A stretch of 64,000 nt of DNA, taken from NCBI RefSeq assembly GCF_006345805.1, contig NC_043007.1, forward strand, positions 12,958,001-13,022,000. The letters run 5' to 3'. Both the position numbers and the translations under genes were made by a program. The notes under the pieces are model-generated. The model made no database searches, was not told the origin of the DNA, and saw only the letters and a list, made by a program, of their open reading frames with translations. Below, piece after piece: positions 23,350-36,450 of the stretch; the first letter of the stretch is position 1, and every line of letters begins with the position of its first letter. Source of the stretch: Octopus sinensis (Eukaryota).

Positions 23350-23855
23350 CATACACACACACACATCCCTGTCTTCAGATCGTCGGATAGTTGTAAATGA
23401 ATGTCACTGCTGTACAGTGTCATGCTTTCTAATGTTTCGTGAAAGACATGTCTGGCCACGAGGAAACAGGTAAGAATTGGGGGGCAGAAAGGGGCAAGAG
23501 ACATATAAAATCTGTCTCAAACAAACGGTCTGATCCATGCTAGCATGAAAAAGTGGATGCTGAAATGATGATGATGATGACAATGATGATGATAAAGATA
23601 GGATAGACTTCTACTTCAAATTCCACTTACAAGGCATCAATTGACCCAAGACACACTTGCCAAGGTGGCGCTCAGTGGGACGGAATCAGAATCCCATTGT
23701 TGTGAGACAAAGTTCTTCACCACATGGTTATGCGTGCACTCATGTACACACGTTTTTTTTAATTTTATTTTACATTCAAAACTGAAACTCATGTAAGAAA
23801 CTTAGAAATATTTCTACTCTAATTTCAAGTACCATGTCCTCTCCTTTGTGACACA

Positions 23856-23893
<38 letters not shown>

Positions 23894-24059
23894 TCAAGTT
23901 CCCATTAGATTTATTCATTTTTCTATTTTACATCAATCGTTTTCCCATGTTAGACTGAATGGCATGTGTGACTTTTTTTTTGTGTTTCAAGCAATTGTTT
24001 TTACAGGCACAGGCTATGGGAAGATACAGACATGGCCCTGTGATTAAGAAGCATCTTTG

Positions 24060-24485
24060 CGAGTACACAGTTTTGGGTTCAGTCCCACTGCACAGCACCT
24101 TTGTGGTAAGTAGCTTGCTTACGAACCACATGGTTCCGGGTTCATTCCCACTGTGTGGCACCCTTGGACAAGTGTCTTCTACTATAGCCTCGGGCTGACC
24201 AAAGCCTTGTGAGTGGATTTGGTAGACAGAAACTAAAAGAGGCCTGTCATATATATGTATGTGTTCGTATGTGTTTGTTTGTATGTGTTTGTCCTCCCCC
24301 AACATCGTTTGACAACCGATGCTGGTGTGTTTATGTCCTTGTAACTTAGCGGTTCGGCAAAAGAGACCGATAGAATAAGTACTAGGCTTACAAAGAATAA
24401 GTCCTGGGGTCGATTTGCTCGACTAAAGGCAGTGCTCCAGCATGACCACAGTCACATGACTGAAACAAGTAAAAGAGTAAAAGAG
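24060..24485 (+). mobile_element. Family A SINE
   Basis: Near full-length copy. Confidence 0.85.
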
Positions 24486-24561
24486 CATACAGTAAATGCC
24501 TCTAGCGGTCACTGGTGCAAGCTTGCATATGCAATAAAACATTCACGTGTTTGTTCTTTAT

Positions 24562-24768
24562 TTACAAGCATGTCTTTGAAGCTGTTGGGAATCGGTTGAA
24601 CTTGTTGAAAAATGATAATAAATATTCAAGAAAATGCAGCTTGACTTTTTTTTGTAAAAATATAAAAAGAAAAGGATGCATGGCATTTAACATATGGAAT
24701 ACAGACACAAGAATAGTGTAGCAGAATGGTGTAAAGCTTATGTTGTGGAATCGTGGAGCATCTGGTAA
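24562..24768 (-). CDS. Candidate terminal exon resembling a 7TM receptor TM7/helix 8
   Basis: 68 open codons: ...FCYTILVSVFHMLNAMHPFLFIFLQKKVKLHFLEYLLSF...TCL*; preceded by tttaccagatag; resemblance judged by eye. Confidence 0.3.
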   Translation of the reverse strand, partial: LPDAPRFHNISFTPFCYTILVSVFHMLNAMHPFLFIFLQKKVKLHFLEYLLSFFNKFNRFPTASKTCL

Positions 24769-25459
24769 CTATCTGGTAAAGTATGAGATTCTACGAAGTG
24801 TTTGTAGTCTTGTATTTAAAGTGCAAAGCTGCGTAAGTCGCACGTAAATGCTGAATAGATTTGCAGATCAACAATTAATGTAGAATGGGGATATTTATTT
24901 AAGGCTTACAAACACTCTTGCGTGGGTGTGTGGTTGCGAAACTTGGTTCCCAGCCATGTGGTTTCAGGTTCAGTCCCACAGAGTGGCACGTTGGGTAAGA
25001 GCGATCTACTATAGCCTCGGACTAGCCGAAGCCCTGTGAGTGAATTTGGTAGACAAAAACTAGAAAAAGGCCTTGTTTCTGGAAGGGTGAGCAGTTCTGA
25101 GGCCTCTAGGTTAAAAATAGCAGCCAAATCTCACTTAAATCAGATGCTACCATCTTAAACAGGGAAGGCCATATTGGATAATGTGGTTCTAGATAAACTG
25201 TTTGAAAAGACAGGATGGTCACAGCTGGAATATCTTCAATTATAAGACTTTTTTTTATCAAGATTGACAGAGAGCTTAACATCAGCAACAACAACAAAAT
25301 CATCAGCAGCAGCAGTGAGTGTGTCAGTGAGACAATTATGAAGTCTCTACATGGTCACTGTTAGAAATAACAGTTAAATATCCCTCAAATCAAGCCTAAA
25401 CAGTTTGAAAATAAGGAAGGATATATTGGATAATGTAGTTCTAGGTATAGCATTTATAT

Positions 25460-25857
25460 TTTTATTTTACTTGTTTCAGCCATTTGACTGTGGCCATGCT
25501 GGAACACCACCTTTAGTCAAGCAAATCGACCCCAGGACTTATTCTTTGTAAGCCTAGTACTTATTCTAATGGTCTCTTTTGCCAAACCGCTAAGTTATGG
25601 GGATGTAAACACACCGGCATCGGTTGTCAAGCAATGATAGGGGGACAAACACAGACACACAAACATATATATACATACATATGACGGGCTTCTTTTGATT
25701 TCCGTCTACCAAATCCACTCACAAGGCATTGGACGGGCCGAAGGCTTTGGACGGGCTGAAGCTATAGGAGAAGACACTTGCCAAGGTGCCACGCAGTGGG
25801 ACTGAACCCGGAACCATGTGGTTTGGGAAGTAAGCTACTTAACACACAGCCACTCCA
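25460..25857 (-). mobile_element. Family A SINE with small internal duplication
   Basis: ggcattggacgggccgaa / ggctttggacgggctgaa repeated. Confidence 0.85.
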
Positions 25858-26409
25858 GTTGCAATTCCGTTGTACCATTTCAGTTACAATTTCTATTGTA
25901 CCATTCCAGTTATAGTGAAATGAAGAATACAAGGCTCACTTTGCAAAGTAGCCTACTTCTAGACCAATCACAGACCTGGTATTCACCTAGTTTCTGTTCT
26001 GGTAGTCTGAACTTGAGAGGAAGGGTGAGTCACCAAATGCTATGTCAAACATACAAGTCAACATGACACCCTAATTTGAGTCTCTTCTCCCTGTCATAAT
26101 AAATTTGATACTAATTTTACTAATCACCATCAAAAAAAAAAAAGAAAAAAGAAACTAAGTCTACCTGGATGGAATTTGAACCACAGAACCACAGAACTCC
26201 AAATTCATTACTAGCAGGCAGGTATTGATCAGCTCTAATGCTCATCATACCTCTCTGTCAGAATTAGAGATCTCTCAAGTTACGTCTACCCTACTTTTAC
26301 TAAATGATGATGAAACTAAAAAATATCTACAGAATAATAGGCAGGTGAAGTTGTCAATGATAAACATCACGCAGAAAACACCCCAAAATATAACATTTAT
26401 TCTTAGCAG

Positions 26410-26750
26410 TTACCTTTAGTTTATCATTGATAAATGATATCACACCCTTTACTTTTGTTATTAAGTAATATCCAATTTATTCCAGTTTTGTTAGCAAATG
26501 CTCTTCATTTATTTTAGCTTTACACTCAAGTGATATCAGTTTCATTTTAACACTGATAGCAAGTAATATCATTTCATTTTAGTTTTCTTAAAATATATCA
26601 TTCCACTTGTTATCATATGATAACATTTGCCTTCAGATCTGTTATCAAATGATATCATGTCAACTAAGCCTTTTTATCAAAACATTGTTTCATTTTTAAG
26701 CTTCATTATCAAGTGATATCCTTCAATTGTCACTTATTTATCAAAGGATG
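26410..26750. repeat. Old degenerate ~32-33-bp minisatellite, about 10 units
   Basis: Recurrent ttatcaa(g/a)tgatatc...ttcatttt motif. Confidence 0.6.
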
Positions 26751-26759
26751 CGGCATTTC

Positions 26760-27100
26760 TGAAGGCGCAAGGCTCAGTGGTTAGAGCATCGAGCTTATGA
26801 GCGTGAGGTTGTGAGTTCATATCCCAGATCAGGCTGCGTGTTGTGTTCCTGAGCAAGACATTATATTTCATGTTGCTCCAGTTCACTCAGCTGTAGAAAT
26901 GAATTGCGATGTCACAGGTGCCAAGCTGTATCGACCCCTTTGCCTTTCCCTTGGATAACACTGGTGGCATGGAGAGGGGAGGCCGGTATGCATGGGCAAC
27001 TGCTGGTCTTCCATAAACAACCTTGCCCAGACTTGTGTCTGGGAAGGTAACTTTCTAGGTGCAAACCAATGGTCAGTCATGACTGAAGGGGATCTCAGCA
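26760..27100 (+). mobile_element. tRNA-derived SINE with tail ending atgactgaagggg
   Basis: Head ggcgcaaggctcagtggttagagc...gagttcatatccc; ctgagcaagaca core. Confidence 0.75.
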
Positions 27101-27349
27101 TGGCATTTCTGAGCAACCAAAATAATGAAGTCATGTAATTATAATATCAAGAAAACAAAAATATTTTGTATTGATCTCAGTGTTTTACAATTCTTTATCA
27201 ACAAGATCAGCATGTAGCTATTTTAACTGGTAACCCCAGAAACTACTAGTGTGTGTGTGTGTATATATATATATATACATATGTATATATGCACATCCGA
27301 ATGTGGGGTGTAACCGGCCCACTTATGAGTACTCCTCATTCATTGGACA

Positions 27350-28040
27350 ATGGACTTTGCTTGTGAAGACCTATTGAGGCAAGTGAAAACAAACCAAGAT
27401 CACTAACATGGTCAACGACAGTACCACCTGATTGGCACTTGTGTCAGAGGAACATTAAAAGCACATCCGAACGTGATTGTTGCCAAGGCCACGGATTGGC
27501 TCCCGTGCTGGTGGCACTTGAAAAGCACCATTTGAGTGGCTCCAATCTGGTCTGGCAGAGTTTCTACAGCTGGATGCTCTTCCTAATGCCAACCACTCCA
27601 AGAGTGTAGTGGGTGCTTTTTACATGCCACCAGTACAGGAGACAGTCTTGAGGTACTAGCATTGGTCATGATCAGTTGGTGCTTTTTATGTGCCACCAGT
27701 ACTGGAGCCAGTAAGGCGGGCCTGGCAATGAACATATTCTGATGGTGCTTTTTATGTGCCACCGGCACAGGAGCCAGTAAGGTGGACCTGGCATTGACCA
27801 TGATGGTGCTTTTTACGTGCCATCGGCATAGGAGCCAGTTAGGGGGCACTGGCTCCAGCTACAATATTGGTTTTACTTGACTCAACAGGTCTTCTCAAGC
27901 ATATCATATTGCCAACACGCAACAGGAGTATTCTTAACAGGGCTGGACATGCATGGCTGCAATCTCACTTTAGTTGCCAGGTCTTCTCAATCACAGCATA
28001 TCTCCAAAGGTCCCAGTCCCCTGTCATTACCTCTGTGAGG
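27350..28040. mobile_element. Two opposed family C elements (+ to about 27540, then -)
   Basis: gaagacctattgagg (+) versus ctcaacaggtcttc (-); several modules in the - copy. Confidence 0.65.
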
Positions 28041-28063
28041 CCCAATGTTCAAAGGTCATGATT

Positions 28064-28094
<31 letters not shown>

Positions 28095-28120
28095 GCGCAC
28101 ATACACACACATGCACACAT

Positions 28121-28152
<32 letters not shown>

Positions 28153-28309
28153 CCGTGCGCGCGCACACACACACACATGCACACACACCACACACACAAC
28201 ACACACACATATAAATAATAAGGGTGAAAAATTGAATACTAATTTAATTAATATCAATTTAAAACCAGTGGCCTGGCATATTGAAAAATCTGAAGATTCA
28301 GAAAAATCA

Positions 28310-28580
28310 TATGAATGTCATGCTTCATCTCTCTCTCTTTCTCTCTCTCTGTATATATATATATATATATATATAAGTTTTATATATAGAGATATATATA
28401 TATAGAAGGAAAGAGAGAGCAACAAAGAGAAAAAGAGAGAAAAGAAAAAAGAGAAGGAAAGAGAGAGAGCAACAGAAAGAGAAAGAGAGCAACAGAGAAA
28501 GAGAGAGACAAGGAAAGAGAGAAAGAAAGAGAAAAAGAGAGAAGGAAAGAGAGAGAGCAACAGAAAGAGAAAGAGAGAGG
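28310..28580. repeat. (TC)n/(TA)n followed by a GA-rich purine tract
   Basis: Recurrent gagagcaacagaaagag units. Confidence 0.85.
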
Positions 28581-28944
28581 GGGGAAGACCTGTTCCAAAG
28601 TGATATTGGAGAGCCCAAGGGCAAAGAAGCATAACACAGAAACAAATAACAATGGGGAAAGAGAAATAAATAAACAGGAAAAATGTGAAATGCTAATGGC
28701 CCTGAGTGCGAAAAGGGTGAAGAATAATTTGGATAAAACAGAGACAGGATGTGTAATGTGCATGAGTGAAAACTGTGCGGGGTGGGGAGGGGGGAGGGGG
28801 AGAGGAAGAAGGTGTGGTTACCTAGGTTACCTTAGATTTAACAAGACTTTCACCAATAATTAGAACACCACCCCACCTCGTTAATCTGTTAAATTAATTG
28901 TTTACTGGAACTGGGGGCTGAATTTAATTAGCCTTTTGTTCTTT

Positions 28945-29810
28945 TAATCTGTTTTGGTCATTTGACTGCAGCCATGCTGGAGCACTGTGCCTTTAGTTGA
29001 GCAACTCGACCCCCAGGACTTATTCTTTGTAAGCCTAGTACTTATTCTCTCGGTCTCTGTTGCCGAACTGTTAAGTTATGGGGACGTAAACACACCAACA
29101 TCGGTTGTGAATCAATAGTGGGGGAACAAACACAGACACACAAACACACACATATGTATATATACACGATGGGCTTCTTTCAGTTTCCATCTACCAAATC
29201 CACTCACAAGGTTTTGGTCAGCCCAAGGCTATAGTAGAAGACATTTGCCCAAGGTGCTTCTCAGTGGGACTGAACCAGGAGCCATGTGGTTGGGAAGCAA
29301 GCTTCTTACCACACAGCCACACCTGTGCCTATTAATTATTATTTTTTAAGATTTTACAGAATAGTTATTGGTATGGCTGTGTGGTTTGCAAACATGCAGC
29401 TTCAGGTTCAATCCCATTGCGTGACACCTTGGGCAAGTGTCTTCTATTATAGCTTCAGGCTGACCAATGGCCTGTGAGTGAATTGTGAATTTGGTTGACT
29501 GAAACTGTGAGGAAGCCTGTTGTGTGCGTATGTATGTGTGTGTGTGTGTGTATGTGTGTGCATGTGTATATGTGTATGTATGTGCGTATGCATGCATACA
29601 TGTGTTTCTTCTTCATTTGCTACTCACCACTATTTGACAACTGAGGTTGGTTTGTTATGTCCCTGTAACTTAGCATTTCAGCAAAAGGGAGCAATAAAAT
29701 AAATACTCAACTTAAAATAAACCCTGGGGTCAATTTCTTTGACTAAACCCCTTCAAGACAGTGCTCCAGCATGGCCACAGTCCAATGACCGAAACAAGTA
29801 AAAAATGATA
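28945..29810. mobile_element. Head-to-head family A pair (- 28945-29330; + 29370-29810)
   Basis: Two copies in opposite orientation, about 40-50 bp apart. Confidence 0.8.
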
Positions 29811-31074
29811 GATACTCAGTATGGCCACACTGTACTCGATGAGAATAGTAAACCAGTAAAAGACTAATTAATGATCGTTAATCACTTTAATAGTTTCTGC
29901 TTGAATAGAATCAGACATAGAAACAATTAAACAAATAATGAATAATGAAGCAAACAAACCGGGCTTTGGTAGAGGCACCTTGTTTTTTGGTGGTTGGATA
30001 TCTTGAATGAAGGGTAGGTGCGTTAGGAAATGGTTATGGTATAGAAAAGATGGAATGTCACAGGGTAGTAGTGATGACACGTGGAAGCGTGCTGGGGTAC
30101 AAACTTACTTATTAATATGAAACAAGCTTATAAATAGCAGCCTCGAAAGATAAATATATAAATGTTGAATTGGTGATGAGAAGTATGAAGAAGAATAACA
30201 CAGATATTATTAAATATAAAGAAGATGAAAATAAATAAGATGATGAGATTTCTATTTAGGTAGCAGAGGCTGATGAAAATAAAATTTAATTCTAATAGTG
30301 TGTGTATTCTCAGACAATGGAGCCTGGTGCAATTCTCAGGTTTGCCAGCATCCTGTCAAACTGTCCAACACATGCCAGCATGGACGATGGATGTTAAATG
30401 ATGAAATGATGATGATGATGATGATGGTATAAATGTATACACACACACACACACATATATATATATAAGTGCAGGAGTGGCTGTGTGGTAAGTAGTGTGC
30501 TTACCAACCACGTGTTTCTGGGTTCAGTCCCTTTGCATGGCACCTCTGGCAAGTGTCTTATACTATAGCCTCAGGCTGACCAAAGCCTTGTGAGTGGATT
30601 TGGTAAACGGAAACTGAAAGAAGCCTGTATATATATATATATGTGTGCATGTGATTGTGTGTCTGTGTTTGTCCCCCACCACCGCTTGACAACTGACATT
30701 CATCTGCTTATGCCCCCGTAACTTAGTGGTTTGCCAAAAGAGAGTGATATTATATTATACTCTCATTCAGCTGAGGAGTCTGGTCTTGCATGTTATTGGG
30801 TGACCTCACTAGTGTTGGTGCTATGGAGAAAACAATCAATACACTCTGTAAAGTGGTTGGCATAAAGAAGGGAATCCAGCTGTAGGAAACATGCAAATCC
30901 GACATTGGAGCTTGGTACAGTCCTCTGGCTTGTCACACCATCCAATCCAGGCCAGCATGAATAGCAAATGTTAAACAAGGCTTTGTTTGGCCTTGGTCTA
31001 TAGTAGAAGACACTTGCCCAAGGTGCCATGCACTGGGACTGAAATCATAACCTTAGTTATGAAACCATAACTAA

Positions 31075-31470
31075 GACAGCGAGCTGGCAGAAACGTTAGC
31101 ATGCCGGGCAAAATGCTTAGCGCTATTTCGACTATCTTTACGTTCTGAGTTCAAATTCTGCCGAGGTCAACTTTGCCTTTCATCCTTTCGGGGTCAATAA
31201 ATTAAGTACCAGTTACGCACTGGGGTCAATGTAATCGACTTAATCCCTTTGTCTGTCGTTGTTTGTCCACTCTATGTTTAGCCTCTTGTGGGTAGTAAAG
31301 AAATAGGTATTTCCTCTGCTGTTACGTTCTGAGTTCAAATTCTGCCAAGGTCGACTTTGCCTTTCATCCTTTCGGGGTTGATAAATTAAGTACCAGTTAC
31401 ACACTGGTGTCGATGTAATTGACTTAATCCCTTTGTCTGTCGTTGTTTGTCCCCTCTATGTTTAGCCCAC
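31075..31470 (+). mobile_element. Family B SINE, dimeric
   Basis: Same aaagaaatag|gtattt junction as 18511-18910. Confidence 0.85.
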
Positions 31471-31826
31471 CTTTAGTCGAACAAACTGACCTCAGGACTT
31501 ATTCTTTGCAAGCCTAGTACTTATTCCATCGGTCTCTTTTTCCGAACCGCTAAGTTACAGGGATGTAAACACACCATCACCATCGGTTGTCAAGCGATGT
31601 TGGGGGGGACAAACACAGACACACAAGTGTATCTATATATATATATATATATATAGATATACATATATACGACGGGTTTCTTTCAGTTTCCGTCTACCAA
31701 ATCCACTCACAAGGCATTGGTTGGCCTGAGGCTATAGTAGAAGACACTTGCCCAAGTTGCCACGCAGTGGGACTGAACCCGGAACCATGTGGTTCTTAAG
31801 CAAGCTACTTACCACACAGCCACTCC

Positions 31827-31830
<4 letters not shown>
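31470..31830 (-). mobile_element. Family A SINE
   Basis: Reverse-complement copy directly abutting the family B dimer. Confidence 0.85.
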
Positions 31831-31863
<33 letters not shown>

Positions 31864-32323
31864 CATAAAACAAACTCAGAAAAATCAATGAGATTTTGTG
31901 CTGCTTTAGACAACATTTTTCTATTATGAATTTCCAAGTGAAAATGAATTAGAAAAAAATTGTTGCTAAACAAGTAGAGAAAAGTAAGTCATCAATTTGA
32001 AATTTAAACTATTCTGAAAACATCTGAGAAGTATTTTAATGGTAAACTTTTTCTTTAGAAGAAATACACAAAAAAAAAAAAAGACAGAAAAGCAGAAAGA
32101 AAGAAAGGAAGGAAGGAAGGAAGAAAGTGAAAGAAGCCGAAAAATAAGTAGATAGACTGCACTGTTAAATAAACAGCACTGGAAGAGACTCGTTACTTAA
32201 TACAGAGCAGAACACATGCGAGTGTGCGCGTATATGCATGTGTGCGTGTGTATGTCTGTGTGTGTGTGTGTGTGCGCCCACATATATGCATACATACACA
32301 CATATAAATTTATACTCACATTT

Positions 32324-32329
<6 letters not shown>

Positions 32330-32369
<40 letters not shown>

Positions 32370-32594
32370 CACACACACATGTGAATGTTTGTGTACATAT
32401 ATATGTGTATACACACACACACACACACATGTGAATGTTTGTGTACATATATATGTGTATACACACACACACACACACATGTGAATGTTTGTGTACATAT
32501 ATAGTGTATATATATATATATATATATATATATCCATACATATACATACAAATATTCATACAGACATACACCCATACATGCATGCACGCACACA

Positions 32595-32672
<78 letters not shown>

Positions 32673-32679
32673 ATATATG

Positions 32680-32711
<32 letters not shown>

Positions 32712-32736
32712 ATATCTATATGTATGTATATATATG

Positions 32737-32768
<32 letters not shown>

Positions 32769-32778
32769 GTATGTATAT

Positions 32779-32854
<76 letters not shown>

Positions 32855-32860
32855 TATATG

Positions 32861-32939
<79 letters not shown>

Positions 32940-32965
32940 ATATATATATATATATATAATATATG

Positions 32966-32999
<34 letters not shown>

Positions 33000-33004
33000 T
33001 ATGT

Positions 33005-33063
<59 letters not shown>

Positions 33064-33232
33064 TCATACATATACAAATATTCATACACACATACACCCA
33101 TACATACATGCACACACCATCATACATATACATACATACACACACACACATCATACATATACATACATACACACACACACATCATACATATACATACATA
33201 CACACACACATATATATATATATTATATATAT

Positions 33233-33286
<54 letters not shown>

Positions 33287-33295
33287 TATATAAAT
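32330..33295. repeat. Very long (TA)n field with a ~50-bp unit repeated three times at about 32365-32500
   Basis: Read directly; cacatgtgaatgtttgtgtacatat occurs three times. Confidence 0.95.
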
Positions 33296-33859
33296 AAATA
33301 AAGAGTGCACTGTTTACACATCAGGATTCATATTAAACTCCCCTGACCTTTTCCTGAAAAGATTCCTTGTAAATCTTAAAGTGGTGAGCAAATCTTCAAG
33401 CAGAGATTTCTATTTAAAAAAAAAATCCCCCCAAAGAACTAAAAGCAAAGGGGGAAGATAATTAGAAGACATGAGGGTAGATGTGAATAAATTTTAAGAT
33501 CTACTCTATACCCGTATATCTTGGTACTTCCATGGGTTTTTTCTTGTTCTTTTTTGGTTTTTTTTTTGAAGGCTTTCTTCATTTTGACTTGATATTTTGA
33601 GCCAGGCTGTAGATGTGATACAGCATCGTTGAAAAGGGACCAGTGCAATCCACTATGGAAAGGGTCATTTCATTCCACAGGCCATTTACTAAGCACCGGG
33701 TGACCTTCAGCTGTAAGTGTCAAACTTTAAGCAATTGTAAATCACAAACTAGGAAGGAATTGGGTGGTTCGGGTGGTTCTGAGGTAAACTAAATCATCAT
33801 CACTGACATCAGCAAACCTATCACCAACATCCTTACCCCATTACCACCACCATCGCCAT

Positions 33860-34700
33860 TATAGTTGTCATCGTCATCATCATCATCATCGTTACCACCA
33901 TCATCATCAACATCATTAAAAGCAGCAACTCCATCCCTAACATTATCACCCCATCATCATCATCGTCATCACCATCATCATCATCGTTATCGTTACCATC
34001 ATCATCACCACCACCACCACCATCACCATTGTCATCATCATCATCATCGTTACCACCACCATCATTAAAAGCAGCAACTCCATCCCTAACATTATCACCC
34101 CATCATCATCATCATTGTTGTCGTCACCATCATCATCACCACCATTGCCATTATAGTTATCATCATCATCATCATTGTTGTCGTCACCATCATCATCACC
34201 ACTATCGCCATTATAATTATCATCATCATCATCATCATTACCACCACCATCATCATCATCAACATCATTAAAAGCAGCCACTCCATCCCTAACATTATCA
34301 CCCCATCATCATTGTCACCATCATCATCACCACCACCACCACCATCGCCATTATAGTTGTCATCATCATCATCATCATTGCCATCATCATCATCATCATC
34401 ATCATTAAAAGAAGCAACTCCATCCCTAACATTATCACCCCATCATCATCATCATCATCGTTACCACCACCATCATCATCACCACCACCACCACCATCGC
34501 CATTATAGTTGTCATCATCATCATTGTTACCACCACTATCATCATCAACATCATTAAAAGCAGCCACTCCATCCCTAACATTATCACCCCATCATCATTG
34601 TCACCATCATCATCATCACCAACACCACCACCCTATTACTACCATCAGCATCACCACTGCTGTCATTGTTGTTGTTGTCGTCATCAACATCATCATCATT
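33860..34700. repeat. Compound array: constant ~40-nt block x5 separated by variable (CAT/CAC)n tracts
   Basis: catcattaaaag(c/a)agc(a/c)actccatccctaacattatcacccc at 33911, 34060, 34263, 34400, 34549. Confidence 0.95.
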
Positions 34701-35156
34701 TACATCAATTGGTACATCTACCGCCACCAACACTCACCACCATCGCTGCCATACAAAATCAGTACAAAGCCGGTATTTAATATACTCTTTATTCTTCTGT
34801 TTCTTTGGCCAAGAAACTGATACAATATATTATTATTGTATCATCATCGTCATCACATCATTTGTTTTAGAGAGCTTGTTGGATGTAAATATGATATTTG
34901 ATAGTAGAATGAGAGAGAGAGAGAGAAAGATGGAGAGGAGGAAGAGGTAGGGTTTGTCTGTCTAACAGCTAGATTCAGACTTCCACTGTTAAAATACATA
35001 GTTGTTACAACCTCATTCAACAACAGACAGACATCATAACAATGGTTCGCCTGAATACCATGTGACATTTTGTTATTGAAAACTGCCAAAATCTAAAATA
35101 ACTTCACAAAGCTATTTTCATCATCACAATACGGCTCTGCAAAACAAAAGCCTTGA

Positions 35157-35200
<44 letters not shown>

Positions 35201-35308
35201 CCACCATCATTAAATATGAATGTATGCATGTCTCTCTCTCTATATATATACACATATTATTGTATGTAACCATACATACATACATACAAACACACACACA
35301 TTGGAATG

Positions 35309-35524
35309 GAGAAGAGAAACTGTACCCAGTTGTGGAAATTAGTTACCCAGTGGATGTTCAGGTTTATACATGTAACTATTGGGGCCCTGGGATATGTAAC
35401 ACACTGCCTAAATACCAGTCTTGAGAAATTAGGCTTCTCAACATCAGAAAGGAGAAAGCTAATTCGAAGATTACAGATCAAATGATCACTGGCACTGTAA
35501 AACTTTCCAGAAGTTTATCATTTA
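35309..35524 (+). pseudogene. Non-LTR retrotransposon restriction-like endonuclease (NeSL/HERO/R2-type) 3' relic, internally deleted
   Basis: Paralogous to 36007-36324 with about 85 bp missing. Confidence 0.75.
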
Positions 35525-35526
35525 AA

Positions 35527-35930
35527 TATCATCATCATCATCATCATAGTTTAATGTCTGCTTCCCATGCTAGCATGGATTGGATGATTTGACTGAGGTC
35601 TGGTGAACCAGACTTCAATCTGATTCTGGCAGAATTTCTACAGCTTGATGCCCTTCCTAATGCCAACCACTCTGAGAGTGTAGTGGGTGCTTTTACGTGC
35701 CACTTTGGTGGTACTGGCAAAGTGGCACTAGCGACAACCTCGCTCAAATGTTTCATGTGCCACCAGCACAAGTGCTAGTAAGGCGACGCGGTAACGATCA
35801 TGCTTGGATGGTGTGTTTACCGTGCCATCGGCATGAAGGCCAGCTTGTTGCTCAGGCAACGATCTCACTCGTATGGTACTCTTAGCACTCAACTAGCAAC
35901 GGATGCCAGCCACCGAGTTTGATTTCGACT
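35527..35930 (-). mobile_element. Family C retroposon
   Basis: (CAT)n tail, gatgcccttcctaatgccaaccac, modules. Confidence 0.75.
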
Positions 35931-36006
35931 TCGATATATATATATATATATACATACATACATTATTGTATGTAACCATACATACATACAAACACACACA
36001 TAATGG

Positions 36007-36324
36007 GATAGAGAAGAGAAACTGTGCACAGTTGTGGAAATTAGTTGCCCAGCAGATGTTAACATCAAGCTGAAGATCAGAGTAAAAGAGAACACCTATG
36101 CTGAACTATTGAGAAATCTACAGTTACTCTATCCAGATTACAAGTTCATGTTTATACCTGTAATTATTGGGGTACTGGGATACGTAACACACTGCCTAAA
36201 TACCAATCTTGAGAAATTAGGCTTCTCAACATCAGAAAGGAGAAAGCTAATTTGAAGACTACAGATCCATTCCATCAGTGGAACTGTAAAAATCTGTAAA
36301 ACTTTCCAGAAGTTTATCATTTAA
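36007..36324 (+). pseudogene. Non-LTR retrotransposon restriction-like endonuclease (NeSL/HERO/R2-type) C-terminus
   Basis: DREEKLCTVVEISCPADVNIKLKIRVKENTYAELLRNLQLLYPDYKFMFIPVIIGVLGYV fits the D...E.SCP...K..KY..L...IPxxxGxLG pattern of RLE domains; one in-frame stop. Confidence 0.8.
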
Positions 36325-36450
36325 ATATATGTATAAGCATGTCTAGATATACTCTTTTACTTGTTTCAGTCATTTGACTGTGGAGCACCGCCTTTGAAAC
36401 AGAATAATGTTGGAGTATATAAGCCCCTCAACAGAAAAAGTGGGTCTTTT

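Noticed and set aside
24562-33710. One adhesion GPCR joining the HRM-like and TM7-like segments
   Set aside because: About 500 aa of GAIN domain and TM1-6 would have to lie between them, and the intervening DNA is almost all repeats
33860-34700. CRISPR-like array, or Asp-rich/His-rich biomineralisation gene
   Set aside because: Eukaryotic context, no cas genes, spacers are related simple repeats of unequal length, and no frame spans the array
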